Source: Raja brachyura (Eukaryota). Taken from it: DNA of 64,000 nucleotides. The notes under the pieces are model-generated. The model did no database searches. It was not told the DNA's origin and saw nothing but the letters and a program-made list of their open reading frames with translations. Shown here one piece after another: positions 1 through 12,027 of this stretch. Each line of letters begins with the position of its first letter. Within the stretch, counting starts at the first letter, position 1. The stretch is taken from assembly GCA_963514005.1 (NCBI GenBank), contig OY740814.1, positions 15,252,001 to 15,316,000 of the forward strand, written 5' to 3'. Both the position numbers and the translations under genes were made by a program.

Positions 1-590
1 AGATCAGCCAACATAAATCAACTCAATAATCATCTGCCTACCACAGATTCCCATACCCTGCCTCACATTCTTGTAGAAAAAGAGATGATACTGGAGGGTA
101 CCTCTATACCATGCAGAGCTGTGGAGTCGATACCCAAAACACCCTGCTCCGACTCCTTGATTTCTTGTGGATCCAATTCCGACTTTGACTCCGACTCTGA
201 CCCATAGCTATAATAATTCTAAATCTGCTATGATGACATTACACAAGATGGCATTTCATAAGAGCTACATGAATCATCAGGCTACCTTTTAAACCCAGGT
301 CCTTAAAGTTTTGAGTCTAATGGTAGTAGCTATGCTATTGTGGCTTTTTTTATTGTTTATTCTTGAAAAAATATATATAAATTATGCTAAAAGAAAAATA
401 AAATACATATAGGACTATAATTTTTTTTTAAATTCCATTGAATTAAATAAAAATTATAAAAGCTTTACTCCAAAATTTATTAAAGCCACAGGTATGAGCT
501 AATTGGCTAAATCATGAAAAAAAAAGATTCTCAAGGGCAAAAGAAATTAAAACTAAATGCATAGGTAGTTAAGTGGGATTTTTTCACACT

Positions 591-711
591 CAGTCTGAGG
601 AAGGGTTTCGACCCGAAATGTTGCCTATTTCCTTCGCTCCATAGATGCTGCCTCACCTGCTGAGTTTCCCCAGCATTTTTGTTTACCTTCGATTTTCCAG
701 CATCTGCAGTT
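591..711 (+). mobile_element. Penelope-terminus-derived short repeat with hammerhead-like motif
   Basis: CAGTCTGAGGAAGGGTTTCGACCCGAAATGTTG...gatgctgcctcacctgctgagttt; homologous to the Penelope 3' terminus at 2115-2240. Confidence 0.8.
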
Positions 712-1492
712 TAATGAAGTTTAATGGACGTTACTTGTAGAAAGGAATGTCATTTGACTGGTTCCACATGGAACACTGCCCAGGCTAACTGACACTCCCA
801 CTCTTGGAATGAGGAAGTACTTTCTATAAAGACATGAAACCCAAATCCCATTTATTCTCGGGTGGACATAAAAAAAATCTGTTATCTCTTGTCTACGATT
901 GTTGCAACAAGGCATCTGTCAATATCATAGCAGTTTTTAGGAACTAACTGTTTGTGCGTTGGTAGCTGCGTTTGCGTGACCACAACAGTGACAACAGCAC
1001 ACACAAACACTCATTAATTGTGCAATGTATTAAGCTGTCCCGAGGATGTAACGGTCATTCAATAAATGCACGTTTTCAAATGACCCCGTGCCCATATTTA
1101 TGGGAACAACCGCAGCTCGCCCCTTCTGTGAGCTTGCGGCTTTACACACATAACTCAGCTGCATCATTTCTTCAGTAAAAATTGTTTATCACTTTAATAC
1201 ATCGAGCGTGGGGGGACCGTCGCGAGGGAGAGACAGGAAAAACAATGGACAATGGGGACCCACCGTGGGATGGGGGGGGGGGGGGACAATGGAAGAGCCG
1301 GTGTACTTTGTAATTTTGTCAGCGCTGTAGGTGGCCGATATTTGCATACCTTGGGTATGAAAGTAAAGAATTTCACTGTGCCCTGTCACAAGCGACAATA
1401 AAGTATTCCATTCCATAATGTCTTTTAATTTGCATTTGCAAATTTATACCAGCGTAATTTTGGAAATATAAATTTCAAATACTTAATCATAA

Positions 1493-2103
1493 TAGTTGAG
1501 AACTTCAAGTATCTAGGCATAAATATTACCAACAATCTGTCATGGACCAATAACATTAATGCATCAACCAAGAAGGCACATCAATGTCTCTACTTCCCTG
1601 GAACACTGAGGAAATTTGGCACGTCTCCAATGATTCTTACAAACTTATTCAGATACACCATGGGAAATATACTCGGGTTGCATCACAGCTTGGTTTGGGA
1701 ACAGCCAAAATGCAAAAAATTGCAGAGAGCTGTAGAGGTAGCTCAATCCATCACACAGGCCAGACTCCATCTGTATTGCATGCTGCCTTGGTAAAGCAGC
1801 CAACATAATTAAAGACTTGCCCCACCCAGTGATTCCTACTTCTCCCTACTCCAGTCACGCAAAAGATAGCACACACCACTAGACTCAGGAACAGCTTCTC
1901 TCCTGTTATCAGGCTTCTGAACAATCCTTGCTTAAGCTATGGCACCGTCCAACTCACTTCTACACCATTGGCCAATTTGTCCATGGAACTGTGAGTGCTA
2001 GAATGCTGAGAACCATATTCTGCATTCTGTATCTTCCCCTTTGCTCTACCTATTATACTTATAGTTTGGCTTGATTGTATTCATGTATGGTAATACCTGA
2101 CCT
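1493..2103 (+). mobile_element. Rex1/Babar-like non-LTR retrotransposon 3' fragment (part 1)
   Basis: Decayed RT C-terminus (VENFKYLGINITNNLSWT...KKAHQCLYF) followed by 3' UTR; interrupted by the Penelope insertion. Confidence 0.6.
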
Positions 2104-4365
2104 ATGTAGGATAGAACTGCAGATGTTGGTTTAAATCGGAGGTAGCCACAAAATGCTGGAGTAACTCAGTGGGACAGGCAGCATCTCTGGAGAGAAGGAA
2201 TGGGTGACATTTCGGGTCGAGACCCTTCTTCAGACTGATGTCAGGGGAGTGGGCGGGACAGAGGTAGAATGTAGTCGGAGACAGTAAGAATAGTGGGAGA
2301 ACTGGGAAGGTGGAAGGGATGGCGAGAGGAGGAAGGCAAGGGCTATTTGAAGTTGGAGAAGTCAATGTTCATACCGCTGGGGCGCAAGCTACCCAAGCAA
2401 AATATGAGGTGCTGTTCCTCCAATTTGAGCTGGGCCTCACTCTGACAATGGAGGAGGCCCAGGACAGAAAGGTCAGATTGGGAATGGGAGGGGGAGATAA
2501 AGTGCTGAGCAACCGGAAGATCTGGTAGGTTAAGGCAGACTGAGCGGAGGTGTTCAGCGAAACAATCGCCGAGCCTGCGCTTGGTCACGCCGATGTACAG
2601 AATTTGACACTAGGAACAGCGGATACAGTAGATGACATTGGAGGAGGTGCAAGTGAACCTCTGCTTCACCTGAAAGGACTGTCGGGGTCCTTGGATGGAG
2701 TCGAGGGGGGGGAGATAAAGGGACAGGTGTTGCATCTCCTGCGGTTACAGGGGAAAGTACCTGGGGATGGGGTGGTTTGGGTGGGAAGGGACGATTTGAC
2801 GAGGGAGTTGTGGAGGGAATGGACTCTGCGGAAAACAGAAAGGGGTGATGGGAAGATGTGGTCAGTAGTGGGATCCCGTTGGAGGAGGCGAAAGTGTTGG
2901 AGGATTATATGCTGTAGGAGGTGGCTGATGGGGTAGAAGATGAGGACAAGGGGGACTCAGTCCTTGTTGCAAATGGAGGGAGGAGGAGCAAGAGCAGATC
3001 TGTGGGATATCGAGGAGACCCAAGTGAGAGCCTCATCTACAATGGAAGAAGGGAACCCCCGTTTCCTAAAGAATTACATCTCCGATGACCTACTATGGAA
3101 AGCCTCATCCTGGGTGCAGATGCGGCATAGACGGAGGAATTGCGAGTAGGGGATAGAGTCTTTACAGGAACCAGGGTGGGAAGAAGTGTAGTCAAGATAG
3201 CGATGAGAGTCAGTAGGTTTGTAGTAATGCAGATGTCGGTCACTAGTCTGTCTCCTGTGATGGGGACGGTGAGATCCAGAAACGGTAGGGAGATATCAGA
3301 GATGGTCCAAGTGAATTTGAGTGCAGGATGGAAATTAGTCGTGAAGTTGAAGAAGTCAGCGAATTCTGCATGGGTGCAGAAGGCAGCACCAATGCAGTCG
3401 TCAATGTAGCGAAGGTGGAGTTCGTGGATAGGACCAGTGTACGCATGGAACAATGATTGTTCGACATACCCAACAAAGAGGCAGGCATAGCTGCGGCCCA
3501 TGCGAATGCCCATAGCTACGCCTTGGATTTGGAGGAAATGGGTGGCGTCAAAGGGAAGTGGTTGAGGGTAAGGACCAAGCGGAGGAGAGTATTAGTAGAC
3601 GGAAATTGGCTGGTTCTGCGGTCAAGGAAGAAACGGAGGGCTTTAAGACCTTCCTGGTGGGGGATGGAGGTGTAGAGTGACTGGACATCCATGGTAAAGA
3701 TGAGGGAGTGAGGACCTGGAAAACAGAAGTCGTTGAAGAGGCGAAGAGCATGTGAGGTGTCTTGGAAATAGGTAGGGAGGGATTGGTCCAGGGGATAGGA
3801 TGGAGTCGAGGTATGTGGAAATTAATTCAGCGGGACCTGAATTGACAATCAGAAACAATGGGTCTGCCAGGAAGATAAAATTGGGCCGTGTGGGCTGGGG
3901 AATGATAAGGTTGGAGGCTTTAGAGGGCAGAGAGCCGGAAGTAATAAAAGCAGAAATGGTGTGTGATATTAACGTCTGCTGCTCGTCTGAGGGATAATAG
4001 TCCAAGGATAAGTAGGAGGAGGTGTCTGAGAGTTGTCGCCTGGTCTCAGCCAGTAGAGGTCAGCGTGCCAGACTACCACGGCACCTCCCTTGTCGGCGAG
4101 TTTGATTATCAAGTTGAGGTTGCTGCAGAGTGTGCGGAGGGCTGCACATTACGTGGGGGAGAGATTAGAGTAGGTAAGGGGAGTGGAAAAGTTGAGACGG
4201 TTGATGTCACGCCGGCAGTTGGAAATGAAAAGGTCTAAAGGTAGAAGGCCATCCGGGGAGTCCAAGAGGAGGAGGGTCCACTGGAGACAGGAGAAGGGGT
4301 CATCACTGGGTGGTGAAGACTCCTTCCCATAGAAAAAGGCACGGAGGCAACGGAAAAAGTGCTCT
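2104..4365 (-). mobile_element. Penelope-like retroelement, 5'-truncated and decayed (RT + GIY-YIG endonuclease)
   Basis: Minus strand: ADKGGAVVVW (DKG motif, ~4060-4100), PGRPIVS, MGIRMGRSYACLFVG, RYIDD (3037-3513), VIYCIRCS*C..LYIG..EH..HF (2343-2650); stops and frameshifts; terminal repeat at ~2115-2240. Confidence 0.92.
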
Positions 4366-4388
4366 TATCTGATAATACTTTTAAGAAG

Positions 4389-4604
4389 CTAGACAAAAAT
4401 GTTAGAGAAACTCAGCGGGTGAGGCAGCATCTATGGAGCGAAGGAATGGGTGACATTTCGGGTCAAGACCCTTCTTCAGAGCAAAGAAGGGTCTCAACCC
4501 GAAACGTCACCCATTCCTTCGCTCCATAGATGCTGCCTCATCCGCTGAGTTTCTCCAGCATTTTTGTCCACTTTCGATTGTTCCAGCATTTGCAGTTCCT
4601 TCTT
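4389..4604. mobile_element. Palindromic Penelope-terminus mini-element with 14-bp TSD
   Basis: Two inverted copies of the terminal repeat; ATACTTTTAAGAAG at 4375-4388 and 4605-4618. Confidence 0.85.
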
Positions 4605-4619
4605 ATACTTTTAAGAAGA

Positions 4620-4705
4620 GTATTATCTGACCTGATTGGATAGCATGAAAGGCAAAGCTTTTCACTGTACCTTGGTTCACGTGACAATAATAAATCTAAA
4701 CCTGA
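4620..4705 (+). mobile_element. Rex1-like LINE 3' UTR (part 2, resumes after the Penelope insertion)
   Basis: ctgattggatagcatg...aagcttttcactgtacc...gtgacaataataaa tail; begins with a degenerate copy of the sequence at 2090-2103. Confidence 0.55.
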
Positions 4706-7165
4706 AATTTCAAGTCATGCACGTTGATAAATATGAGCTTAGAAAACAGTTCTAGAAGAACAGGTTAATAAAAGCATACAGCTGAAGACTGTATATCCGT
4801 TCCCAGCCTGTCAGGTGGCAGCATGAATGGTTCAGAATGCTGCCCTTTAAATACATAAAGAAGATTTCCAATCCAACTCAGTCTGGCAGAGAATTATTTT
4901 CTGCTAAATGGTGTAATCTGGATATTAAGTAGAATTTATTACCCTTGATCGTTGGGTTAAATTGCATTCAGGCCCAAATAATGCAGTAGGGTCACCGAAT
5001 GATAGAATACAAAAGACAGCCACACAGTCCATGCACCTGCAATAAAGCTTCTCCTTCATCATTGGTGTTTCACTCTCAACACTTGCCTATCTGATCCTCA
5101 TTGATTTAAGAAAAATTAATTTCCCCTTCTACAATCTCTCCATTTACCCGCAGTTTTTTTATGTTCAGGACCAATCTGCTAAATCTCTGCACTCACTCCA
5201 ATGCCTTGATACCCTTTGAAATGTAGGCTAAAAGTGGTGCCAACATTCCAGCTGGGGTCTAACCCAGGATTCGAGGAAGTTTAACATGCCTTCCATGGTA
5301 TTGAAATCTAATATTTTACGTACAAATACGCGGATCCCTTCAGTTTTGTTTTTAAATGCTCTCCTATCCCTGCCATGAGACCTCTGTGGCAGTTCCAGCC
5401 AATCACATATACGCCAGAGATGCTGCCTGACCCGCTGAGCTACTCCAGTACTTTGTATCCTTTTGTGGAAACCAGCATCTGCAATTCCATGTCTCTCTGC
5501 ATGCCCATTGTTCAGTGGGCAGGATCAGAATAAATCTAGAGGCTACTATTTTCCGTCAGGGTTAGGTTAAACCACTAAGGCATGCTACTGCAGTCAGCGC
5601 TTTAAAAACGGATAGGTTAGAGTAAAAAAAGTGGAGACCAGAATTCAGAAATAAAGACCAAAAATTTGGTTTCACTCTCCACGGATGCTGCCTGCCCTGC
5701 TGAGTATTTCCAGCATATTTTCTAATTACTGATGGCCTCAGGGTCATGGTCACATTAGGATGGGTTTGATCTGGAATCGTGCTGCCACTTTAAAAATCTT
5801 TAACATGCCATAAGCTGAAGCTGCAAAGTCTACTTCACCACATAACCTACCATAACAAAAGCTGATTATAATTATTACTCAACTCTGTGTCCATTTGCAT
5901 TTGTCCTGAGGGGATTATATCAAATGCAATTCCAATCTCATTCTCATTGAAATTATGCTTTGTTTATTTTTTTCAATTTATAGTAGAATGGATATAAACA
6001 TTGAGTACACAGTGCTGCTGACCCGAGCCCAGTAATCTCTCCAGAATTCTACAGCAAGACCATTGTTACAACCGTAATGAGACGGTTTCAACATTATCAG
6101 CAAATAATATCACTCCTCAGCAATGTTTTGAATATTTTTCCACAAAAAATAAGTTAGCTTTAACGTATGTGATGGGAATTGTAGTCAGTTTGGGTGAGTT
6201 TACAACTCTGACAGTGACTGGGGCAATGGGTGTGGAATATGCATCAGCCAAGAAGTATTCCAGGAAACATTTTTTAATTTTAATAATCGAATTGATTATT
6301 GAAGTGGATATACGGTTGATATTGGATTATTATTATTGTCATATGTAGTAAGATAGTGATAAATACCATACCATACATGTAAGCAATGATATCGTACACG
6401 AGTATACAGGTAGTGCAAATAGAGAGAAGGAAAGAGTGCAGAATATATAGTGTTCCAGTTGCAGATAATGTTCAGATAAAAAAAGTGCAAGAGCTGCAAC
6501 AAGGTACATTGGGAGATGCGGAGTGGTGATGGGGTGAGAAGGAAACATAAGATCGACATGCCTTGAGGGGCACCACTGAATGGGAAAAGTGGCTAAAGGA
6601 CTGGCTCTCTTCTATCGCATTAGTGTGGGGAGAGAGAAAGGAAAATAAATAGCAAGAGGAACGAGATCAGGGAAGTTCAGGAGAGCTGAGAGTGAAGGTT
6701 GGTCTGCAATGCTCGCTCGTGTTCCTTTGATTGAGTGAATGATTTGAGGGGCTATTCCTGCTGGAAGATGTGAAACAGTCAGAATGCCGTCAGCATTTGT
6801 TTCATTTGGGACGAGTCCACACTGCTCACTGACTGGCTCACCACATCTTGTGTTAAATCTGCAAGGGAATATTATCATAGCTAGTGGAGTGATTGGTCCC
6901 AATAGTTCCAGTTATGGCAATGGCTCAGTTGGTAACATATTGGCATCTGAGGCTGAAGTTGTGGGCTTCAGTCCTCAACTATCAGTCATCAAACATCATC
7001 ACAAAGCTGGTATTTTACATTACAACAGTAACCGCACGTCTGAAACACCATCGGCTGTGAGGCACCTTGAGATGTGTAAAATTCTAAATCTTTCTTTCTT
7101 TTTAATACAGGGTAATGATCAGAAAGAAAGGCATGCCGTTTTCTAATGGAGATATAATAAAGAAT

Positions 7166-7475
7166 GGCGCGGCACAGTGGCATAGCCGGTGGAGCTGCTA
7201 GCCTCACAGCCACAGAGACCCAGGTTCGATCCTGACTACAAGTGTTATCTGTACGGAGTTTGTTCCTTCTCCTTGTAACGGCGTGAGTTCTGTCCAGGTG
7301 CTTCCGTTTACTCCCACATTCCAAAGATGTGCAGGTTAGTAAGATAATTGGTTTCTGTAAATTGTTCCTTGTGTGTAGGTAGAGAACTAGTATACACAGG
7401 TGATCGCTGGTCAGCGTGGGCTCGGTGGGGTGAAGGGCCTGTTTCCACACTGTACTTCTAAAACTAAAACTAAAC
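7166..7475 (+). mobile_element. tRNA-derived SINE (HE1/V-SINE-like)
   Basis: A-box-like TGGCATAGCCGG, B-box GGTTCGATCC, CR1-like tail gggcctgtttccacactgta, terminal (AAACT)n. Confidence 0.85.
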
Positions 7476-8658
7476 TGCAGATGCTGAAATCTTGATCAAA
7501 ACACAAAATGTTAGAGAAAATGATCTGCCGAGTTCCTCCAACACTTTGCATATTGGTGCCTTTTTGTAATGTTCACCCCCCCCCCCCCCCACCCCACGCA
7601 GTGAATTATTTGAGTGCGACCACATTCAATCGTGGGATGGAAAACAGCAAACTCACTAACTCTGCATCAGGTAAACAATGTTTCACTCTTTATTCATCAC
7701 CCCTTTACCCATAACATTAGGGTAATCTGTTTATCTCCATTAAAGAGGGCTAAACATATTTATGTACCGCAATAAATGCAGTGGGAAGTGCAGCTGTTTC
7801 ACAGCTTCAGTGATCCAGGTTTGATTCTGACCTCTGGAGCCATCCGTGCAGAGTTTGCATGGGATTTCCCCACATACATGCTCCAGCTTGCCTGCACATT
7901 GTGTCAATTTCTGCAAACGGGTGGTGGGAGAAATTGTGAGGGGAAGGAGAGGAGATGTGGTGCAAAAAGGGCAGTTGAGACAGAATAGATTATTTGGAAA
8001 TACAAGGAGGACAGGGACCGTTGGGATATCTCTGAGCCTGTATTCCCGATGGGCTGAATGGCTTCCTTCTCTGTTGGAAGATGTATGAAAACGTGGTCAG
8101 TTGGGCTGTTCATCGAGTGTGGCCATCCAATGGGAAAAGTGAAAACAATAATGCTGCTGGGCTTCTCACTGTACAATCTTTTAAATTATTTATATAAATC
8201 ATTTCCCTTGGAATCTACAATCCTAAATATTCAGCCAACTCATTTTTCAAAGGGCTGCAAAAAAACATCCTCACTGACCTGTAACTTGGTGCGAAAAGTG
8301 TTTGACTCTCATCATTGCAGTTAAAACGAATACATACTTTGCTATTAACAATTAGCTCTATTTTACAATAACAGTAATTTCATAATTGTTCAAAACACTA
8401 AAGGCAACAAATTACACATTTCTAACTAACTGGCTTATTGAATCTCAGAGAGTTATTATAACCTGTGATTAACATACCAATATACAGCAACAGGGTAGGG
8501 AAAGATCACACCATCCATGAAAACAAGCGTCGATCCCACAATGGTCAAAGAATAATGAGCAGACATATCCTTCCTCCTCTCCTTCACTCACGGTGACCAC
8601 AAAACCATTAGCAATCCTGTACCATGGGTTAGTTGCCTCGCAACTCCATAACTTCATA

Positions 8659-8935
8659 AGTCATTGGAGTATAATTAGGCCATTTGACCCATCAACTTTA
8701 CTCTGCCATTCCATCATGGCTGATCTATCTTTCCCTCTCAACCCAATTCTCCTGCCTTCTCCCCATAACCTTTGACACCCTTACTAATCAAGAATCTGTC
8801 AATCTCCGCCTTAAAAACACCCAATAACTTCGCCTCCACAGCTGTCTGTGGCAATTAATTCCTCAGATTCACCATCCTCTGTCTAAAGAAATTCGTCCTC
8901 ATCCTTCTAATGTTTTGTCCTTTCATTTTGAGCTC
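8659..8935 (-). mobile_element. CR1 LINE 3' fragment
   Basis: aggccatttgaccc...tcatggctgatcta...cctccacagctgtctgtggc...cagattcacca; reverse complement of a CR1 ORF2 end and 3' UTR; boundaries approximate. Confidence 0.7.
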
Positions 8936-10839
8936 CAATTACGTGAATTTGATTCTGACCTCAGCTGCCATCTGCATGTGATTTAGTGGACTTCCCTGAG
9001 AATTCTGCTTTCCTCCCACCCCCAAAGGTGTGCCAGTAGGTGGGTTAATTGGCCATTGTAACTCATTCCTTGTGTAGTTGGTAGAAAAATTGGAGGTGGG
9101 GGTAGTTAGAATATAGAACAGTACCGCACAGGGACAAACCCTTTGGTCCATAATGTCTATGCCAAGCATGAAGCAAAGATAAACTAATCACTTTTGCCTG
9201 CACATAATATATACCCCTCCTTTCCCTGCATATCCATGTACCTATCCAAAAAGCTTCTTAAATGTCACATCCCAATCCCAGCATGAATGATGACCAGAGT
9301 ATGAAATGATTAACCTACAATTAAAACAGCCACCTTCCTTGTGCCAGATACAATTTCAGGCACTGGGGACTTTCCCCTCAATACACTTTAGCATCTGTCA
9401 AGAAGGCTCCTTGTGGCAGCAATTAATCAAACACTGCATTAAACATCACTCTCCATATCCATGCCATTTAATTCATATAAGGAAGAATCTCAGAGAAAGA
9501 ACATATGTCAAAAACAGAAGATATCCCGAATAATCACTGAAACAGTGGAAGAGAAGCCTGCTCATCTCCTTGCATTTGTTCCATTATTCAACAAGCTCAT
9601 GCCTAATCTATACTTTGCTTAGGTTTACCTTTTGTAATTTCAGAATCATTACTAAATAAAATGTAACCAATCTTGCTATTGAAACTTTCCACCGACATTT
9701 CCCACTCTGTGCCAGAAGAATTCCTTGGGGAGGTGTTTTTTTTTTTTTTTCAGGATTCCAGATCTCCCCGTGTGAAGCCTTGATTTTTCGGAATGCCCTC
9801 TCCAGCCCCAACCACCCCCACCCAACTCTGGTTTTCCCATTAATTGCCTTGAACATCCCTGTTAGATTCCCCCTTATATAATTTTTACAAATCAAAAATA
9901 ACGTGCATGGTTCCTTCTTCCTGTTAGTCCTTCAGTTTGTCAGACATATTTATTAATTTTTTTGATTAATCAGAGTAACCTTCCACTCGTCACTATTTTT
10001 CCCCACCTTTACAGTCTTCCTCTGCCCACCTATTACATGGCTGATTTATTACCAAGGTACTGCGATGACTTGTGCAGCCTGCAGTCAGTAATTCAGAGAC
10101 TCTCTAATCTCCACAATCCGCTGCAGCAAATGCCAATTTGCTTTAACTGGACTTTAATTAATGAAGTAGTGTTTAATTTCAGATGTTAAATTAGACATAA
10201 TAAAAAAGGGAATTAGAGACTGGGGAAAGGCGGTGATTATTCCCTGTGAAGGGAGATGAATTCTAAATTGGTGGCTTAAAAAGCTCAAACTTGTTGTGTA
10301 ACCCTGAGCTCATGTAATGGTGATCAGCCAACACCTGGGCAAAGCTGCATTACTCGACTAGCAGTCTAGAGCACTGGGACAAAACCCGGTTGCAGTCCCT
10401 CAAAGGCTGAGCAGGAATTTAAATACATTTTACATTTTAATTTAAAAATCCTAATATTGGTAAAGATGACCACAAAACCTCGTGGTTATTAAAACTCATT
10501 TGGTTCACCAGTGTACTTTGCCATTCTAGTTCAGTCCAATCACAGGTTCCAGACCCTCGACAATGTAGTTTGCCCTCTTAACTGTGCATTGCAGTGGCCC
10601 AGCAACTCAGTACAGGGGCAATTAGTGATGGGCTATGCAGGTGCGGAAACTCTTGTTCCTACACTGCAGCAGTTAGCTGATCTGCCTTCCATTTAGTCTG
10701 CTGGGTGAAGTTACATTACATCCACTTAGATGCAAAGCATGAATTTGTGACGGAATGGTGCTGTGTCATCTGTCCACTATGGTACTATTTATAAAGAGCA
10801 CCTTTGGTCACAAGGCAATCAGTCTGCAGTGTATTCTTA

Positions 10840-11280
10840 CCCCTCTCTATCCACCTTCATTCCCTTTGTTATCCCTCCAGTCCCATCTCAATCTCTGTAT
10901 ATCCTGTCCCCCACACTAACCTCCCATCATTAGCTTATCTCTCACTTCCTTGCTCCCATTCTCTTCTCTCCGTTCTTCCTATTTCTCTCTCCCCTTTTCC
11001 CATCTACCCGTCATCCCAATTCTCCCCATCTCCTTCCTTCTCTAAATATTCCCTTTCTCTTCTACATTAATCTCTCTCTGTAGCCCCATCCCCTCTTCCT
11101 TCCACCCCTCTCTCACAGACAGCACCCTTTCCTCTGTATTTCATTTTCCTCTCCCAATCTATCCCTTTTCTCAATCTATCCCACCGCTCCTTCTCCCAAT
11201 CCTACCCCCATCCCTGTTCTACCTCTGCCCTCTCTCGCTCTAAGCCTCGCTCAATGTCCCTAACCCTTCTCCCCTAGTAA
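10840..11280 (+). repeat. CT-rich low-complexity polypyrimidine tract upstream of the promoter
   Basis: Strong pyrimidine skew (tctctc/cccct runs) over about 440 bp. Confidence 0.7.
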
Positions 11281-11396
11281 CCCATTTATTGCCCCCTCTC
11301 TCAGTGCCCTCGCTTCGTGCATTGCTGGTCTCTTCCCACCCTCACAGCCTCTGTGTGTGTGTGTGTCCCTGTTCTCCCCCAGCCTCTCTCTCCCCC

Positions 11397-11417
11397 CGCC
11401 CTGTCCATGGTGCTGAA
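11397..11417 (-). promoter_or_regulatory. RE1/NRSE (REST-binding) element
   Basis: Minus strand TTCAGCACCATGGACAGGGCG vs consensus TTCAGCACCnnGGACAGCGCC; both half-sites intact with the canonical 2-nt spacer; about 245 bp upstream of the ATG. Confidence 0.8.
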
Positions 11418-11662
11418 CTTGTCCCGCAGCGGCGCCACGTGACGCGGTGCCGCGGGACCCGGGCTGCGAGCAGTCGGAGTTCGGAGCCTGCGAGTCCCCG
11501 TTCAAGGCAGGGGCTGGGGCAGGGGCAGGGGCAGGGTGCGGGCTGCGCAGAGGAAATGATGTCGAGGCACATCTCTGGCGAGAATCTGATCTAATTACAG
11601 TTTGGTGGCTCGGCGAATTGCTCGGGCGGCAATGTGAGGCTTGTACCGGCGGCTGCGGCAAG

Positions 11663-11938
11663 ATGCAGAAGGCAATCCGCCTCAATGACGGGCACCTCTC
11701 CTACCTGGGGCTGTTGGCCAAGAAGGACGGGAGCAGGAAGGGCTACCTGAGCAAGCGGAGCTCGGACAACACCAAATGGCACAACAAGTGGTTCGCCCTG
11801 CTCCAGAATATGCTGTTTTATTTTGAGAATGATTCCGCCTCGAAAGCCTCGGGTCTCTACTTGCTGGAGGGGTGTGTGTGCGAGCGGGCACCGTCTCCCA
11901 AACCATCGCTGTCCGCCAAGGAATCCTTGGAGAAACAG
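11663..11938 (+). CDS. RASGRF1: RASGRF1 coding exon 1 (PH1 domain N-part)
   Basis: Translates MQKAIRLNDGHLSYLGLLAKKDGSRKGYLSKRSSDNTKW...SLEKQ, matching the RasGRF1 N-terminus (RasGRF2 starts MQKSVRYNEG); 276 nt, donor CAG|gtagga, phase 0. Confidence 0.97.
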
Positions 11939-12027
11939 GTAGGAGGCAAGCAGTCTGACTGTCAAAGCCCAGCGCGCAATGCCCTCTGTCCAATACCCAG
12001 GGTTCGAAGTCCAGGACCAACTCCTCA

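Larger units (their letters stand above)
11390..11980. promoter_or_regulatory. CpG-rich promoter / first-exon region of RASGRF1
   Basis: Marked GC and CpG enrichment relative to AT-rich, CpG-poor flanks, spanning the start codon; boundaries approximate. Confidence 0.75.

Noticed and set aside
7166-7240. tRNA gene
   Set aside because: A/B boxes belong to a SINE head that continues into a SINE body and LINE-like tail; several diverged copies are in the window
11447-11662. 72-codon in-frame N-terminal extension of RASGRF1 in the ORF track
   Set aside because: Starts at GTG in GC-rich sequence with a low-complexity AGAGAG translation; homology begins at MQKAIRL (11663)
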